Shown: in pieces, positions 9,126-18,426 of the stretch
Layout: every line of letters starts with the position of its first letter
Numbering within the stretch: position 1 is the first letter of the stretch
From: Candidatus Omnitrophota bacterium
GTDB taxonomy: Bacteria; Omnitrophota; Gorgyraeia; JABMRJ01
Assembly: GCA_013202745.1 (NCBI GenBank)
Contig: JABMRJ010000030.1
Coordinates: 1 to 57,474, forward strand
Direction of reading: 5' to 3'
DNA length: 57,474 bases
Made by a program: the position numbers and the translations under genes
The notes under the pieces: generated by a model
What the model saw: only the letters and a program-made list of their open reading frames with translations
What the model was told of the DNA's origin: nothing
Database searches by the model: none

Positions 9126-10162
9126 TTTCCCCTTCTCAAAAGGCTTGTAAGTATAGCATGCCTCATCTTACCCTTAATCAAATTGGTATATGGCATATAG
9201 TGGCTGCATCTTCTGCAAAATGGAGGGATGTCGCCGGACTGCCACCTGCTCCTAATTAAATTAAGCCTCTCCCCCTTCCAATAATCTGTTAGCGAATCAT
9301 ATTTAAATATATTATCTATCACCAATTCAGGCGAAACCCTGCAACTGCACATCGAGATCTCCCCGTCTTTAAGGATCTGCACCTTTCTGTATAAGCCATA
9401 ACACGGGATCCTTTTATTCTTGGGGTTAGCCTTAAACTCCGCATATTTTGGCAAATCAGCCTTTTTAACGGTTCCATCATAGTCGTCCCATTCATCCTTC
9501 TCTATCGTAGTAATATCATCTTCGCCCAAAAACTGCCTGATTCTCCTATACTCCTCACTGTGCCGCAGATCAGCTATGTTATCGTAATCTGTCCTCAGGA
9601 GCATTATTATCTTTATCGGATTGCCGAGTCTTCTGTTCGTCTCCAATAGGACCATTATATTCTTCATCGTCTTATGATAGAGATCGACACCGAACAATTT
9701 TTTGAAAATCTTTTCATCACCTATTGCAGTGGATACAGCTATATCGGTCAAGCCGCTCTTGACAAAATCCTCCACATTAAAATTATCGAGCCCTATTAAG
9801 TTTGTAAATGTAGATATCCTTTTTACGGCCGCATAACTTCGTATAAATTTAACCTTCTTTAAAAACTCCCTATCCGCAAGTGGATCTCCAAGGATCGAAC
9901 CAAAATTAAAATCGCCTCCGCCTGCCTTCTGGTACAGGTCGAGGGTATGTTTTAGGACCTTGAAGTCTACGAAACTCTTCTTTCGTCCGTCCATATTCTT
10001 GCCATAGCCGCAAAAACTGCAGTTCGCATTGCATATATTAGAAGACTCAATCCCGAATGCCATCCACCTCTCTTTAATGGAATCTTCTATTCCTTTCCTA
10101 TAAAATGGCAGTGCCAAAGATGCTGATATCGAGATTATAGATTCTGCTATTTTTTCCTTCAT
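9119..10162 (-). CDS. Radical SAM protein with SPASM/twitch-like Cys-rich C-terminal domain
   Basis: ..SSNICNANCSFCGY.. gives CxxxCxxC. The C-terminal Cys clusters are ..PCYGLY..MCSCR..FCRRCSHY.. Confidence 0.8.
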   Translation of the reverse strand: MKEKIAESIISISASLALPFYRKGIEDSIKERWMAFGIESSNICNANCSFCGYGKNMDGRKKSFVDFKVLKHTLDLYQKAGGGDFNFGSILGDPLADREFLKKVKFIRSYAAVKRISTFTNLIGLDNFNVEDFVKSGLTDIAVSTAIGDEKIFKKLFGVDLYHKTMKNIMVLLETNRRLGNPIKIIMLLRTDYDNIADLRHSEEYRRIRQFLGEDDITTIEKDEWDDYDGTVKKADLPKYAEFKANPKNKRIPCYGLYRKVQILKDGEISMCSCRVSPELVIDNIFKYDSLTDYWKGERLNLIRSRWQSGDIPPFCRRCSHYMPYTNLIKGKMRHAILTSLLRRGKC

Positions 10163-10165
10163 ATA

Positions 10166-11722
10166 TTACCTCGGGAATCTCTTTAAAATAAATTTTTGTG
10201 ATGGTATCATTTGAGTGGCATATTTAAAAAAGCTATAGCTTAAGCGCATTATCTCTAAAGAACAGATTTTCTTTAGAAGACCGAGTATTTTTGGGTTCTT
10301 CATATAGCGATATACAAACCTGCCCTTGCCTGCCATTAATTTATAGTAGAAAAAGAGTAGCAGCAAATCTATGCTGAACATTGTCGGCGCGTATGGATAT
10401 ATCCTGCCGTAATTGTATCTGCTGCGAGTCAGGAGCGTCTTTTCGACATAATCGTCCTTTATTGTCTCGTCAGTAAGGGCGGTATTGTATAATTCGGTAC
10501 CCGGATAGAACTTCAGGGAGTATACATTTAACAGTATCGATCTTTTGGCAAGTTTGTTCTGCTTTAGCCTTTCACCCAATTGGTTGAAAAAATCGATGTT
10601 TTCAATCCAATCAGATGTTTTTTCATAAGGATTCTGCAGTATCATATCTAGTTTCAAATCGATATTATGCGAAGTTATAAGATCAATCTTATCAAGGAAG
10701 GATTCTCTATTAAAATGTCTTTTGTAGATCTGCTTGTTAACCCTTTCGCTGGCACTTTGCAGACCCAGCTTCATCCATATGATATTGGCCTTATACTTTA
10801 AAAGAATCTTCAGTTTATCTTCCGTAAAAGTAGCAAAAGTGCTATAGAATATAAATGGTAAAGAAATTCTCTTTTGATATTCTGCAATAAACTTTTCAAA
10901 TTCGTCTAAACTTCTTGCAGTAAAATCATCTGACATAAAAAAGACTCTGCTTAAGCCTGGAATGATAGTCTTTGCATATTCGAGTTCTTTCATAACCCGC
11001 TCAGTATCAATACACCTGACATTTTTTCCTGCATCCTTATATATATCCTTAAGCTTGTTATTGGCGCAATAAGTGCAGGAAAATGAGCATCCCTTAATAG
11101 TGAATATCCTATAACCAAAATTGCAGGATAGATGAAGAGCTTCCGGGTCTTCTTCCAGTGAAGTAAACTTCCGGTCAAACAAGGTGTAGGTATTCTTAAA
11201 ATCAAAGCGTGGAATAGGTAGCTCGTTTAGATCGATAAGCTGTGGTAACTCATTTAAAATAACCCTGCCATCCTTAGACCTATATCCCAGGCCAGGAACT
11301 TCAAGCTCATTATCTGTCTCGAGAAAACGCTTAAGGAATGTTTCTCCTTCACCCAGGCATACAAAATCTGTAAATTTTAAAAAACGATGCGGCTCCAGCA
11401 TTACAGGAACTCCGCCTAACACTATCTTTGCTTTGGTATTTTTTGACAAAAAGCTGCTGACTTGTTGTACGCGCTTTAAATTATGTACTGATATAACAGA
11501 TATACCCACAACATTGCAATCTTGGCATTTTTCAGCAAGTATTTTCAGTTGAAAATTGTTCAGCAGGCTTATTGGATTGTCTTTTATTGTAGCACAATGA
11601 ATTACAAAGATGTCGTAACCCGATTTCCTTAAGTAGGATTCGATTGAGCGAAGGCCAAAAGTAAAGAGATTTGATGTAAATGAAACCAGTCCTATCTTTT
11701 TTTTCTTAACAACTTCAGCCAT
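10166..11722 (-). CDS. B12-binding-domain radical SAM enzyme (class B-like)
   Basis: N-terminal Rossmann-like cobalamin-binding-type domain (..KIGLVSFTSNLFTFGLRSIESYLRKSGYDIFVIH..), then ..IKGCSFSCTYCAN.. (CxxxCxxC). Confidence 0.8.
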   Translation of the reverse strand: MAEVVKKKKIGLVSFTSNLFTFGLRSIESYLRKSGYDIFVIHCATIKDNPISLLNNFQLKILAEKCQDCNVVGISVISVHNLKRVQQVSSFLSKNTKAKIVLGGVPVMLEPHRFLKFTDFVCLGEGETFLKRFLETDNELEVPGLGYRSKDGRVILNELPQLIDLNELPIPRFDFKNTYTLFDRKFTSLEEDPEALHLSCNFGYRIFTIKGCSFSCTYCANNKLKDIYKDAGKNVRCIDTERVMKELEYAKTIIPGLSRVFFMSDDFTARSLDEFEKFIAEYQKRISLPFIFYSTFATFTEDKLKILLKYKANIIWMKLGLQSASERVNKQIYKRHFNRESFLDKIDLITSHNIDLKLDMILQNPYEKTSDWIENIDFFNQLGERLKQNKLAKRSILLNVYSLKFYPGTELYNTALTDETIKDDYVEKTLLTRSRYNYGRIYPYAPTMFSIDLLLLFFYYKLMAGKGRFVYRYMKNPKILGLLKKICSLEIMRLSYSFFKYATQMIPSQKFILKRFPR

Positions 11723-13019
11723 TTTGGTTTAATCCTATACTCTTTATCCCCATTAAAAGTCCTAGTGAAAAATAGAATAATACCGCCAGCTGGAGCGAAT
11801 AGAGCGAAACGTCGAAACTGCTATGCAATAGAAAAACTGAGATTCCGCAGAAAAGGCCCAAAAATGCATACCTCAAAAAATCGTCTCTTATCAGCCTCAA
11901 CGATTTGATTGATTCTATAGCCATCTTTATAATAAGCCATAAAAAAGAAAGCAGCCCGAATATCCCGGTCTCAGCTGCTATCTGTAAATAGCAATTGTGC
12001 GCGTACCACAGCCCTCTCTCGCTTTTCTTCGGTACTTTAAATCTTTCATAGTTAGCCATAAATGTATTAAGCCCCTGCCCTGTCAATGGTTTTTCCGCAA
12101 ACATCCTTGTACCTGCTGTCCATATCCTTATCCTATGCTGAATCGAGCCATCGCCAGCTAATTTTTGCTGGAAACCCGCCGGGTCCATAAATATCAGCAA
12201 TGTAAGTATTACAATGCCCACAAGCAAGAGGGTTAAGGTAATACGAGATGTCTTTCCGCCTATTAAAAGAAGCATAAGGATCAGCCCTGCAATACAACTA
12301 ATTTGCGCTGCCCGCGTATAAGTCAGTAATAAGCAATATATAAGCAAAATAGCCAGGATTGCGCTTATCGCCTTTAATTTTAAATTCTTTTTAAAAAAGA
12401 GCGCTATGCCCATAAATGGGAATAAGACCACAGATATCCAGATACTCAATCCATTAGGGAATTTAAAAGGCCCGGTCACCCTCCATTTGTTGTATAGGAT
12501 TTCACCCTCTATAGAACCGAAGCCTGTAAATTTTTGCCACTTGCCGTCTACTGATATCCTATCCAATCCGTACATAGTATATCTTCTTATAAAATCGAAA
12601 CCGGTAATCTTCTGGTAGATAACGTCTACGCAGACAATAAATGCCGAAAGCGCTATTGCCCTGATAATGTTGCGTACAACCCTTCTTTCGCTTACGGCCT
12701 CAAAGACTATAAAATAGAGGAATATATACTCTGTTAGCTTGCGTATAAAGGCACTTATACTTATATCTATATGAGTAGACCAGAATATGGATAGGAAACC
12801 GATCAAATAAAACGCCAGCATAGGCCGGTTTAAACCTGTCTGCGGCAGCCTAAGGCCGCTCTTACCCATAAAGACCCTCTTGAGTATCCAGGATGATATG
12901 GCTATAATGGCACATACCTCTATTGCGGTCTTCGAAAACGGGAGTGAAAATATGAGTATATATAGGGCCCACTCTATCAATATATTTAAGGCGCTTATGA
13001 TCTTATTCTTATCCACCAT
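11715..13019 (-). CDS. O-antigen ligase/polymerase family (Wzy_C domain) membrane protein
   Basis: 434 aa, about 10-12 hydrophobic helices. ..GLWYAHNCYLQIAAETGIFGLLSFL.. is the typical Wzy_C loop motif. Confidence 0.8.
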   Translation of the reverse strand: MVDKNKIISALNILIEWALYILIFSLPFSKTAIEVCAIIAISSWILKRVFMGKSGLRLPQTGLNRPMLAFYLIGFLSIFWSTHIDISISAFIRKLTEYIFLYFIVFEAVSERRVVRNIIRAIALSAFIVCVDVIYQKITGFDFIRRYTMYGLDRISVDGKWQKFTGFGSIEGEILYNKWRVTGPFKFPNGLSIWISVVLFPFMGIALFFKKNLKLKAISAILAILLIYCLLLTYTRAAQISCIAGLILMLLLIGGKTSRITLTLLLVGIVILTLLIFMDPAGFQQKLAGDGSIQHRIRIWTAGTRMFAEKPLTGQGLNTFMANYERFKVPKKSERGLWYAHNCYLQIAAETGIFGLLSFLWLIIKMAIESIKSLRLIRDDFLRYAFLGLFCGISVFLLHSSFDVSLYSLQLAVLFYFSLGLLMGIKSIGLNQNG

Positions 13020-13036
13020 CCTCTACTCCTGTTTAG

Positions 13037-13942
13037 CTATATGGAATAACCATAAAGCGCTAAAGATGTCTCTCTTACAGACTCTTTTGGCCTCTTTGTA
13101 AAGAAATGATTTTTCCATAAGGTCCTGTCCTTAATTCCCGGCTTTGGCAATGTCAAAGGGCGTTCTTCTTCAACAAGGCCTGCGTTTGTTATAAGGTAAG
13201 CATCATATCCATAATCTTTCATTAGATCGAATATTTCTCTCTTATTTTTGGAGTTTATCATTAATTCCATAATGAAATCGGCATTCCCTCTCTTTAAAAG
13301 AGGCATTGAGCCCTTTAGGATATTCAATTCATTCTCTTCACAGTCAAGTTTTATTAAGATATCGGAGCTATCATCGCCAGCTACAAGAGGCAAGGTGGTA
13401 GTCTGGACCGTCTTCGTCTTATATGGAATATGACTAAAGATTCCATCTGTTCCTTTAAACGAATTTATAAGTGAGGAGGAGTTTGGCAGTTTGGAACTCC
13501 TGGAAGAAACAGGATAATATATTATAGCTTTGCTATTCTTATCAATATCGAGGGCCTTCTCTATCAATTTAAACTCTATGTTATTTACCCTCTTTAGCCT
13601 TTTTATATATTCAATATTATCCGGAAAAGGCTCTACGGCAATAACCTCAACGCCTTTTGGCATGTAGATCGACGCAATGATCGAATAGAAGCCTATATAC
13701 GCCCCTGCATCAATAAATTTGTCTATATGCCAAGGATAATTCTCAATCAACGTTACCACTTCCCCCTCAAAAGACCTGTATCCGTCCACGGTAATCTGCT
13801 TTAAGAGCGTCGATTTAGAAAGGTCGTGGAATGATATCTTTTTATCTTTTATCTTAAAACTTTTTTTGTTTAAGATCTTGAATCTTATCAACAACTCCAT
13901 CAATACCCTTTTTTTAAAAAGGATGAAGAGACGCCTTATCAT
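13037..13942 (-). CDS. FkbM-family SAM-dependent methyltransferase
   Basis: ..FIDAGAYIGFYSIIAS.., ..AVEPFPDNIEYIKRL.., ..LIKLDCEENELNILKG.. Confidence 0.8.
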   Translation of the reverse strand: MIRRLFILFKKRVLMELLIRFKILNKKSFKIKDKKISFHDLSKSTLLKQITVDGYRSFEGEVVTLIENYPWHIDKFIDAGAYIGFYSIIASIYMPKGVEVIAVEPFPDNIEYIKRLKRVNNIEFKLIEKALDIDKNSKAIIYYPVSSRSSKLPNSSSLINSFKGTDGIFSHIPYKTKTVQTTTLPLVAGDDSSDILIKLDCEENELNILKGSMPLLKRGNADFIMELMINSKNKREIFDLMKDYGYDAYLITNAGLVEEERPLTLPKPGIKDRTLWKNHFFTKRPKESVRETSLALYGYSI

Positions 13943-15006
13943 TTCCCCTCCCGTGTGAGTCTTAATAGATTACGTTGTCCCGGACGTACGGCTTTTAAAT
14001 AAAATGGCTTTGCCTTATCAAAGTCGTTTAGCCTTTCGTATGAATTGCCTAAATAAAATTGGGCTGCTACATCCCATCTGCTTCTGGGATGCTCTTTCGA
14101 AAACTTATTGAATTCCAAAATGGCTCTATTGTAATCGCCTTTATCCCAGATTGCCTGGGCCCTGTAAAATGCCGCTTCAGATCTTATCAAGTCGCTGCTC
14201 TTTGCATCGCTTATGGCGATGGTATAATCGGCGATGGCCTCATCCAATCTAAAGGCCATATGCTTAAGCCTCCCTCTGAAGAAAGGCCTGATATCCCACA
14301 ATCTAAAATACGATTCTTGAAATAATATCACAAAGACATCACCGAAAAGGTCGTAATAAAGGCTTATAAATTCTGATGCTAGAATCCTCTTTATATCCTT
14401 CGTGTTGATTGTGGGTCTATATGTGGGTTCATACAGCCTATAATAGTTAGCTGGGTTATAACCTGAATACAACTGCATCGCCTCAAAGGCATCTGACCTT
14501 ATCGCTTTGTCTCTTTTTTGAATATCCTCAAAGGTAGCAATAGCCCCATCATTATCATAAAAGATGATGGCATAATAAGGATCGAAGATCCTATATTTTC
14601 CGTCTATATAGAGGTCGCAGACCGAGTGGTGTGAAGCTTCATCATATCCGCGCAAGAATATAAGACGACCTTTAATGCCCGCCTTTCTTGCCAGCCAAAG
14701 AAGGGTATTTGCCTGCTGGTCGCAATAGGCAGAGCCCCTCAGTATATCATTTAACGGAAACTCATTTACGGCATAAACATTGCTTACCTTAAAAATGTGC
14801 GTGCATAGATAGTCGAACAATCTGATCGCCTTCTCCTCATCAGATTTAGCCCCTTGTGTTACCTTCTCTGCTATTACCTTGTGGGCCAATTCTCTGTTGA
14901 TGTAGTCACGCAGTACCTTCGGCCCCAATAAGGTGCCAAATGGCAATAAAGACGCTATGAGAAAAAGAAGAATGACTATAAATAAAAACCTGGTTATTTT
15001 TGACAT
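13939..15006 (-). CDS. Membrane-anchored transglutaminase-like cysteine enzyme with C-terminal TPR repeats
   Basis: N-terminal TM segment. ..RGSAYCDQQANTLLWLARKAGIKGRL.. supplies the Cys, ..ASHHSVCDLY.. the His, and ..YRIFDP.. the Asp. TPR-like repeats lie at the C-terminus (..AAFYRAQAIWDKGDYNRAILEFNKF.., ..AQFYLGNSYERLNDFDKAKPFYLKA..). Confidence 0.7.
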   Translation of the reverse strand: MSKITRFLFIVILLFLIASLLPFGTLLGPKVLRDYINRELAHKVIAEKVTQGAKSDEEKAIRLFDYLCTHIFKVSNVYAVNEFPLNDILRGSAYCDQQANTLLWLARKAGIKGRLIFLRGYDEASHHSVCDLYIDGKYRIFDPYYAIIFYDNDGAIATFEDIQKRDKAIRSDAFEAMQLYSGYNPANYYRLYEPTYRPTINTKDIKRILASEFISLYYDLFGDVFVILFQESYFRLWDIRPFFRGRLKHMAFRLDEAIADYTIAISDAKSSDLIRSEAAFYRAQAIWDKGDYNRAILEFNKFSKEHPRSRWDVAAQFYLGNSYERLNDFDKAKPFYLKAVRPGQRNLLRLTREGK

Positions 15007-15019
15007 CTGATATTCTCCA

Positions 15020-15997
15020 TTACCTTTTAACCGCTTGTATAAAAGCCCCGCTTGTCGTCAGATCTTCTTTTGAGATATCTGAAAATCTTGATGATAGGTC
15101 TCCGATGCTTATCCTGGAATCACTCTTTACCTTAGAATCATATACAATGTCAAAGCCGCACTCTTTTATAAACCTGATATGCCTTGAGTGTGGATGCCTA
15201 TTTAACAAGTATGGTCTCTTTCCCCTTATTAATCTCCAGATAGCATCTGAGTAAGTCCAGTGGCCATTCCACTCGCCTGCTGTGCCGTGGTCCTTAAAAT
15301 CAATCTGATGTGACATAAAGCCACCATCCCTGAGCCAGCTATATAAAGCCTTATAAGTCCCTAAAAGGTCATCCACGTGTTCCAATACAGCCTGCGAATA
15401 TACCATATCAACAGATCCCTCTTTGATAATATCTGCAGCATACCAGGGAGCAAAATATGCTATCTGCGTCCCGCAGCAGCATCTATTTTTTCTATCTAAA
15501 AGGGCTTTTCTTATCGCTTCTATCCTGCTGGGTCTTAGTGCCCCTTCAAGGCGTTCTTCTGTCAAAATATGATCAGGGAATTCATATGAATCCAAATAAG
15601 GTTTTATCCTCGGAAATTCGTCTTCCCCGGGAATCATTTCGCGTCGTTTAAAAAGCTCTGCCAATTCATCAAAAATTTCCATATTCTTATCTGCCAAAGC
15701 ATGCTTTACAATATCCAATGCATAATACCTATCTGCACCTGAGAGTAGGGCAGCCAGACCTATCCCCAGAGAATCTCCCGGCCCAAGTTCGGCAACAACC
15801 TCCGGCTGGATCGAAAGCCCGTGCTTTTGCGCAAGGACAAGGTGCCGCAGCCAGACTGAATAACAATATCTGGCAGATATCGTTCCACCCGTGCCTTTCG
15901 ATGCAATCTTATGTAACCCCGGGATATAGGTCCCGAGACCTTTTAATATAGGCAAAAGATACAAATTGTCAGCTTCCCTTGGAAACAAAACTTTCAA
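15020..15997 (-). CDS. Class I SAM-dependent methyltransferase
   Basis: ..VVAELGPGDSLGIGLAALLSGADRYYALD.. contains the glycine-rich SAM motif I followed by an acidic motif II. Confidence 0.7.
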   Translation of the reverse strand: MKVLFPREADNLYLLPILKGLGTYIPGLHKIASKGTGGTISARYCYSVWLRHLVLAQKHGLSIQPEVVAELGPGDSLGIGLAALLSGADRYYALDIVKHALADKNMEIFDELAELFKRREMIPGEDEFPRIKPYLDSYEFPDHILTEERLEGALRPSRIEAIRKALLDRKNRCCCGTQIAYFAPWYAADIIKEGSVDMVYSQAVLEHVDDLLGTYKALYSWLRDGGFMSHQIDFKDHGTAGEWNGHWTYSDAIWRLIRGKRPYLLNRHPHSRHIRFIKECGFDIVYDSKVKSDSRISIGDLSSRFSDISKEDLTTSGAFIQAVKR

Positions 15998-17204
15998 TCA
16001 TAGTTAAGACTTCCTTCTGTTGTCCTGTTTCAGATTTGTCCAATAGTGAGTTCAAATTTTCTAGAAAAGATAAAATTTTTTCGCTCCATTCCTGGTTATT
16101 GAAATTAGGGCTTGTAAATTGCAGGAGATGGATAAAATCATCGAGAGCCCTGCCCACACCGGGCTTTGATACACAACATTGTTTACATTGCGGGATCACC
16201 ATCTCCTCTTCCTGTAAATGCTGCCTTCTGATTTTCTGTGCAATTTCAGAACGCCATATTTTAGAGATGGGCTGCTCGACTGCATCACCTATTATCAGTT
16301 GGTCATCATAATCACGGCAACAAAGTGTAGCCTTGCCTTTATTATTAAAAAATATACTGTTAAAAACAGTGGAACATGGTATCTTCCGTTGATATAAATT
16401 TGGGAAAGGTAATTTTTTTTCATCAAAATAATTTGTATCTGGCGTCAAGCTATTAATAAGAGCGAAATGTATATTTTCTGGAAAGGTATATTTGGAAAAC
16501 ACACGGAAAAAAGTTGCCATCTCTTTGATGTTTTCCTTTGATATAACGCAGTTGATAAATAATGATATGTTAGACATATGCCGTCTTTTATTGGTCTTGA
16601 CTACCCACTCACAGCTCTCTATTACTTTTGCCAGCTTTCCGTCAACTCTTATCTTTTCGTATGTTTCAGGGGTAGCAGCATCCACAGAAAAGCGAAATCC
16701 TTTAACCCAATCAGGATTTGCTTCATAGACAGACTTCAGTCTCTGGTGAAGATTGGCATTAGTGCTGATCAGAACCTCAATACCCATCTTCTTTGCTATG
16801 GATATAGCTTCTTTTAGCCAAGGATATACAAGGGGTTCCCCGACTGTGTGTAAGGAGACTGCATTCACACCCTCATCCTTTATACGCTCCAACAATCTTT
16901 TATATATCTTTAAATCCATGTGCGCCTTTTTTCTTTTGGCAAGATGCGTCCCGCACATTGGGCATTTTAGATTACAAATATTGCTGAGTTCAATTAGATG
17001 ACCGCCGGGCTTCTCTCGTAATTTAGTAAGTTGCAAAGGCCTTAAGCATGAATTTAAAGATTGTTGGAGTCTTTGCTGATAATACAATTTCCCGTTATGC
17101 TTTATCTTCTTATTTATCATCATATACTTAAAATGCCGCAGATAAGGAAAATGGTAAATAATATAATTCTCAATTTTTAAGAATTTAAATCTCCTAGAAG
17201 ACAT
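15969..17204 (-). CDS. Radical SAM protein with SPASM-like C-terminal domain
   Basis: ..LSNICNLKCPMCGT.. gives CxxxCxxC. The C-terminus carries ..IPCSTVF..ATLCCRDYDD.. and ..IPQCKQCCVSKPG.. Confidence 0.8.
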   Translation of the reverse strand: MSSRRFKFLKIENYIIYHFPYLRHFKYMMINKKIKHNGKLYYQQRLQQSLNSCLRPLQLTKLREKPGGHLIELSNICNLKCPMCGTHLAKRKKAHMDLKIYKRLLERIKDEGVNAVSLHTVGEPLVYPWLKEAISIAKKMGIEVLISTNANLHQRLKSVYEANPDWVKGFRFSVDAATPETYEKIRVDGKLAKVIESCEWVVKTNKRRHMSNISLFINCVISKENIKEMATFFRVFSKYTFPENIHFALINSLTPDTNYFDEKKLPFPNLYQRKIPCSTVFNSIFFNNKGKATLCCRDYDDQLIIGDAVEQPISKIWRSEIAQKIRRQHLQEEEMVIPQCKQCCVSKPGVGRALDDFIHLLQFTSPNFNNQEWSEKILSFLENLNSLLDKSETGQQKEVLTMIESFVSKGS

Positions 17205-18426
17205 GCTGTTCCTTTCTATAATCCTTTAGACTCTTTAATAAGCACTCTTCGTAATTTTTAGCAATGGGAAGCAGATCGAACTGGCTTGCCCTCTCAATCC
17301 CTGCATCTGCATATTTTTTAAAAAGATCTTTATTGTCCAAAATGCGTTCAATAGCATCTGAAAGGTTCGATATAGATAATTTATTAATCAGTATGCCGTA
17401 TTTTGATTCAACAATATCATCCATCTCCTGCCTCTCGGGTAATAACATTTCAGAAGGGCCGGATGGGCAATTGTTCACGATAACCGGACAACGGCAGGCC
17501 ATAGATTCCAATACGGCATTAGGAAAACCTTCCCAGAGCGATGATAAAACAAAGACATTTGAACGCATAATATATTTATAAGGATTCTTCTGCCAACCCA
17601 TAAAGAGCACTCTATCATAAATACGCAGCCTTTTGGACTCTCTAATTAGCTTCTCCTTAAGCTCGCCGTCTCCGATAATAGCAAGGCGGATAGGCCGTTT
17701 TGCCGCTATCCGGGCCGTTGCCCTTAAGAGATATATGTGGCCTTTCTGCTTTGTAAGTCTTCCCACATTTATGACAACAGGGATATCTTTCTGCTTAAAC
17801 CACTCTTCCTCCACCTCTTCTTTGGCAAAATGTTCAATCTCCTTGATATATAAAGGATTATAAACTACATTTATAGCATTTCGCTCAACCTTGAAATAGG
17901 TTACTATTTCATCTTTAATAACATATGAATTGACAAAGGTTACTTCAGCATATCTCCATAATCGCTCAAGGGCTATCCTGCATATAAATTTGAATAAACG
18001 GGGTATGTTTTCATACTGCTTTGTCAGGCATACTCTTACATTAACACACGGAGAGTGCTTAGCCCCGAATGCCTTTGCCATCAAATTGATTACGTTGGGC
18101 CTCTGCATAAAACTTAAAACTATATCTACATCATTGTTTTCAACAAAGTCTTTTAGTATAAAAGGATCATATATTAAAGAACGTGTTTTGCTGAATATAT
18201 CGCGCTTTCCATAATAGAGCCTCGTAACCTCTATATCATCGGATATGGGATAGTCGGCACTCCCTTCCAGAAGTAAAATAGAGACGCGATACCTGCCGGA
18301 ATCAACCAGGGCGCGTGAAAGATTAACAACAACGCGTTCGGCTCCTCCATACCGTAAAGAAGGTATAAAGAATAGCAGGTGCTTCTTTTTATCCTTTTTC
18401 TCTTCTGATAATTTCTTCATAAACAT
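17194..18426 (-). CDS. Glycosyltransferase family 4 (GT-B)
   Basis: ..GRLTKQKGHIYLL.. and ..SSLWEGFPNAVLESMACRCPVIV.. (E-x7-E motif). Confidence 0.85.
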   Translation of the reverse strand: MFMKKLSEEKKDKKKHLLFFIPSLRYGGAERVVVNLSRALVDSGRYRVSILLLEGSADYPISDDIEVTRLYYGKRDIFSKTRSLIYDPFILKDFVENNDVDIVLSFMQRPNVINLMAKAFGAKHSPCVNVRVCLTKQYENIPRLFKFICRIALERLWRYAEVTFVNSYVIKDEIVTYFKVERNAINVVYNPLYIKEIEHFAKEEVEEEWFKQKDIPVVINVGRLTKQKGHIYLLRATARIAAKRPIRLAIIGDGELKEKLIRESKRLRIYDRVLFMGWQKNPYKYIMRSNVFVLSSLWEGFPNAVLESMACRCPVIVNNCPSGPSEMLLPERQEMDDIVESKYGILINKLSISNLSDAIERILDNKDLFKKYADAGIERASQFDLLPIAKNYEECLLKSLKDYRKEQHVF

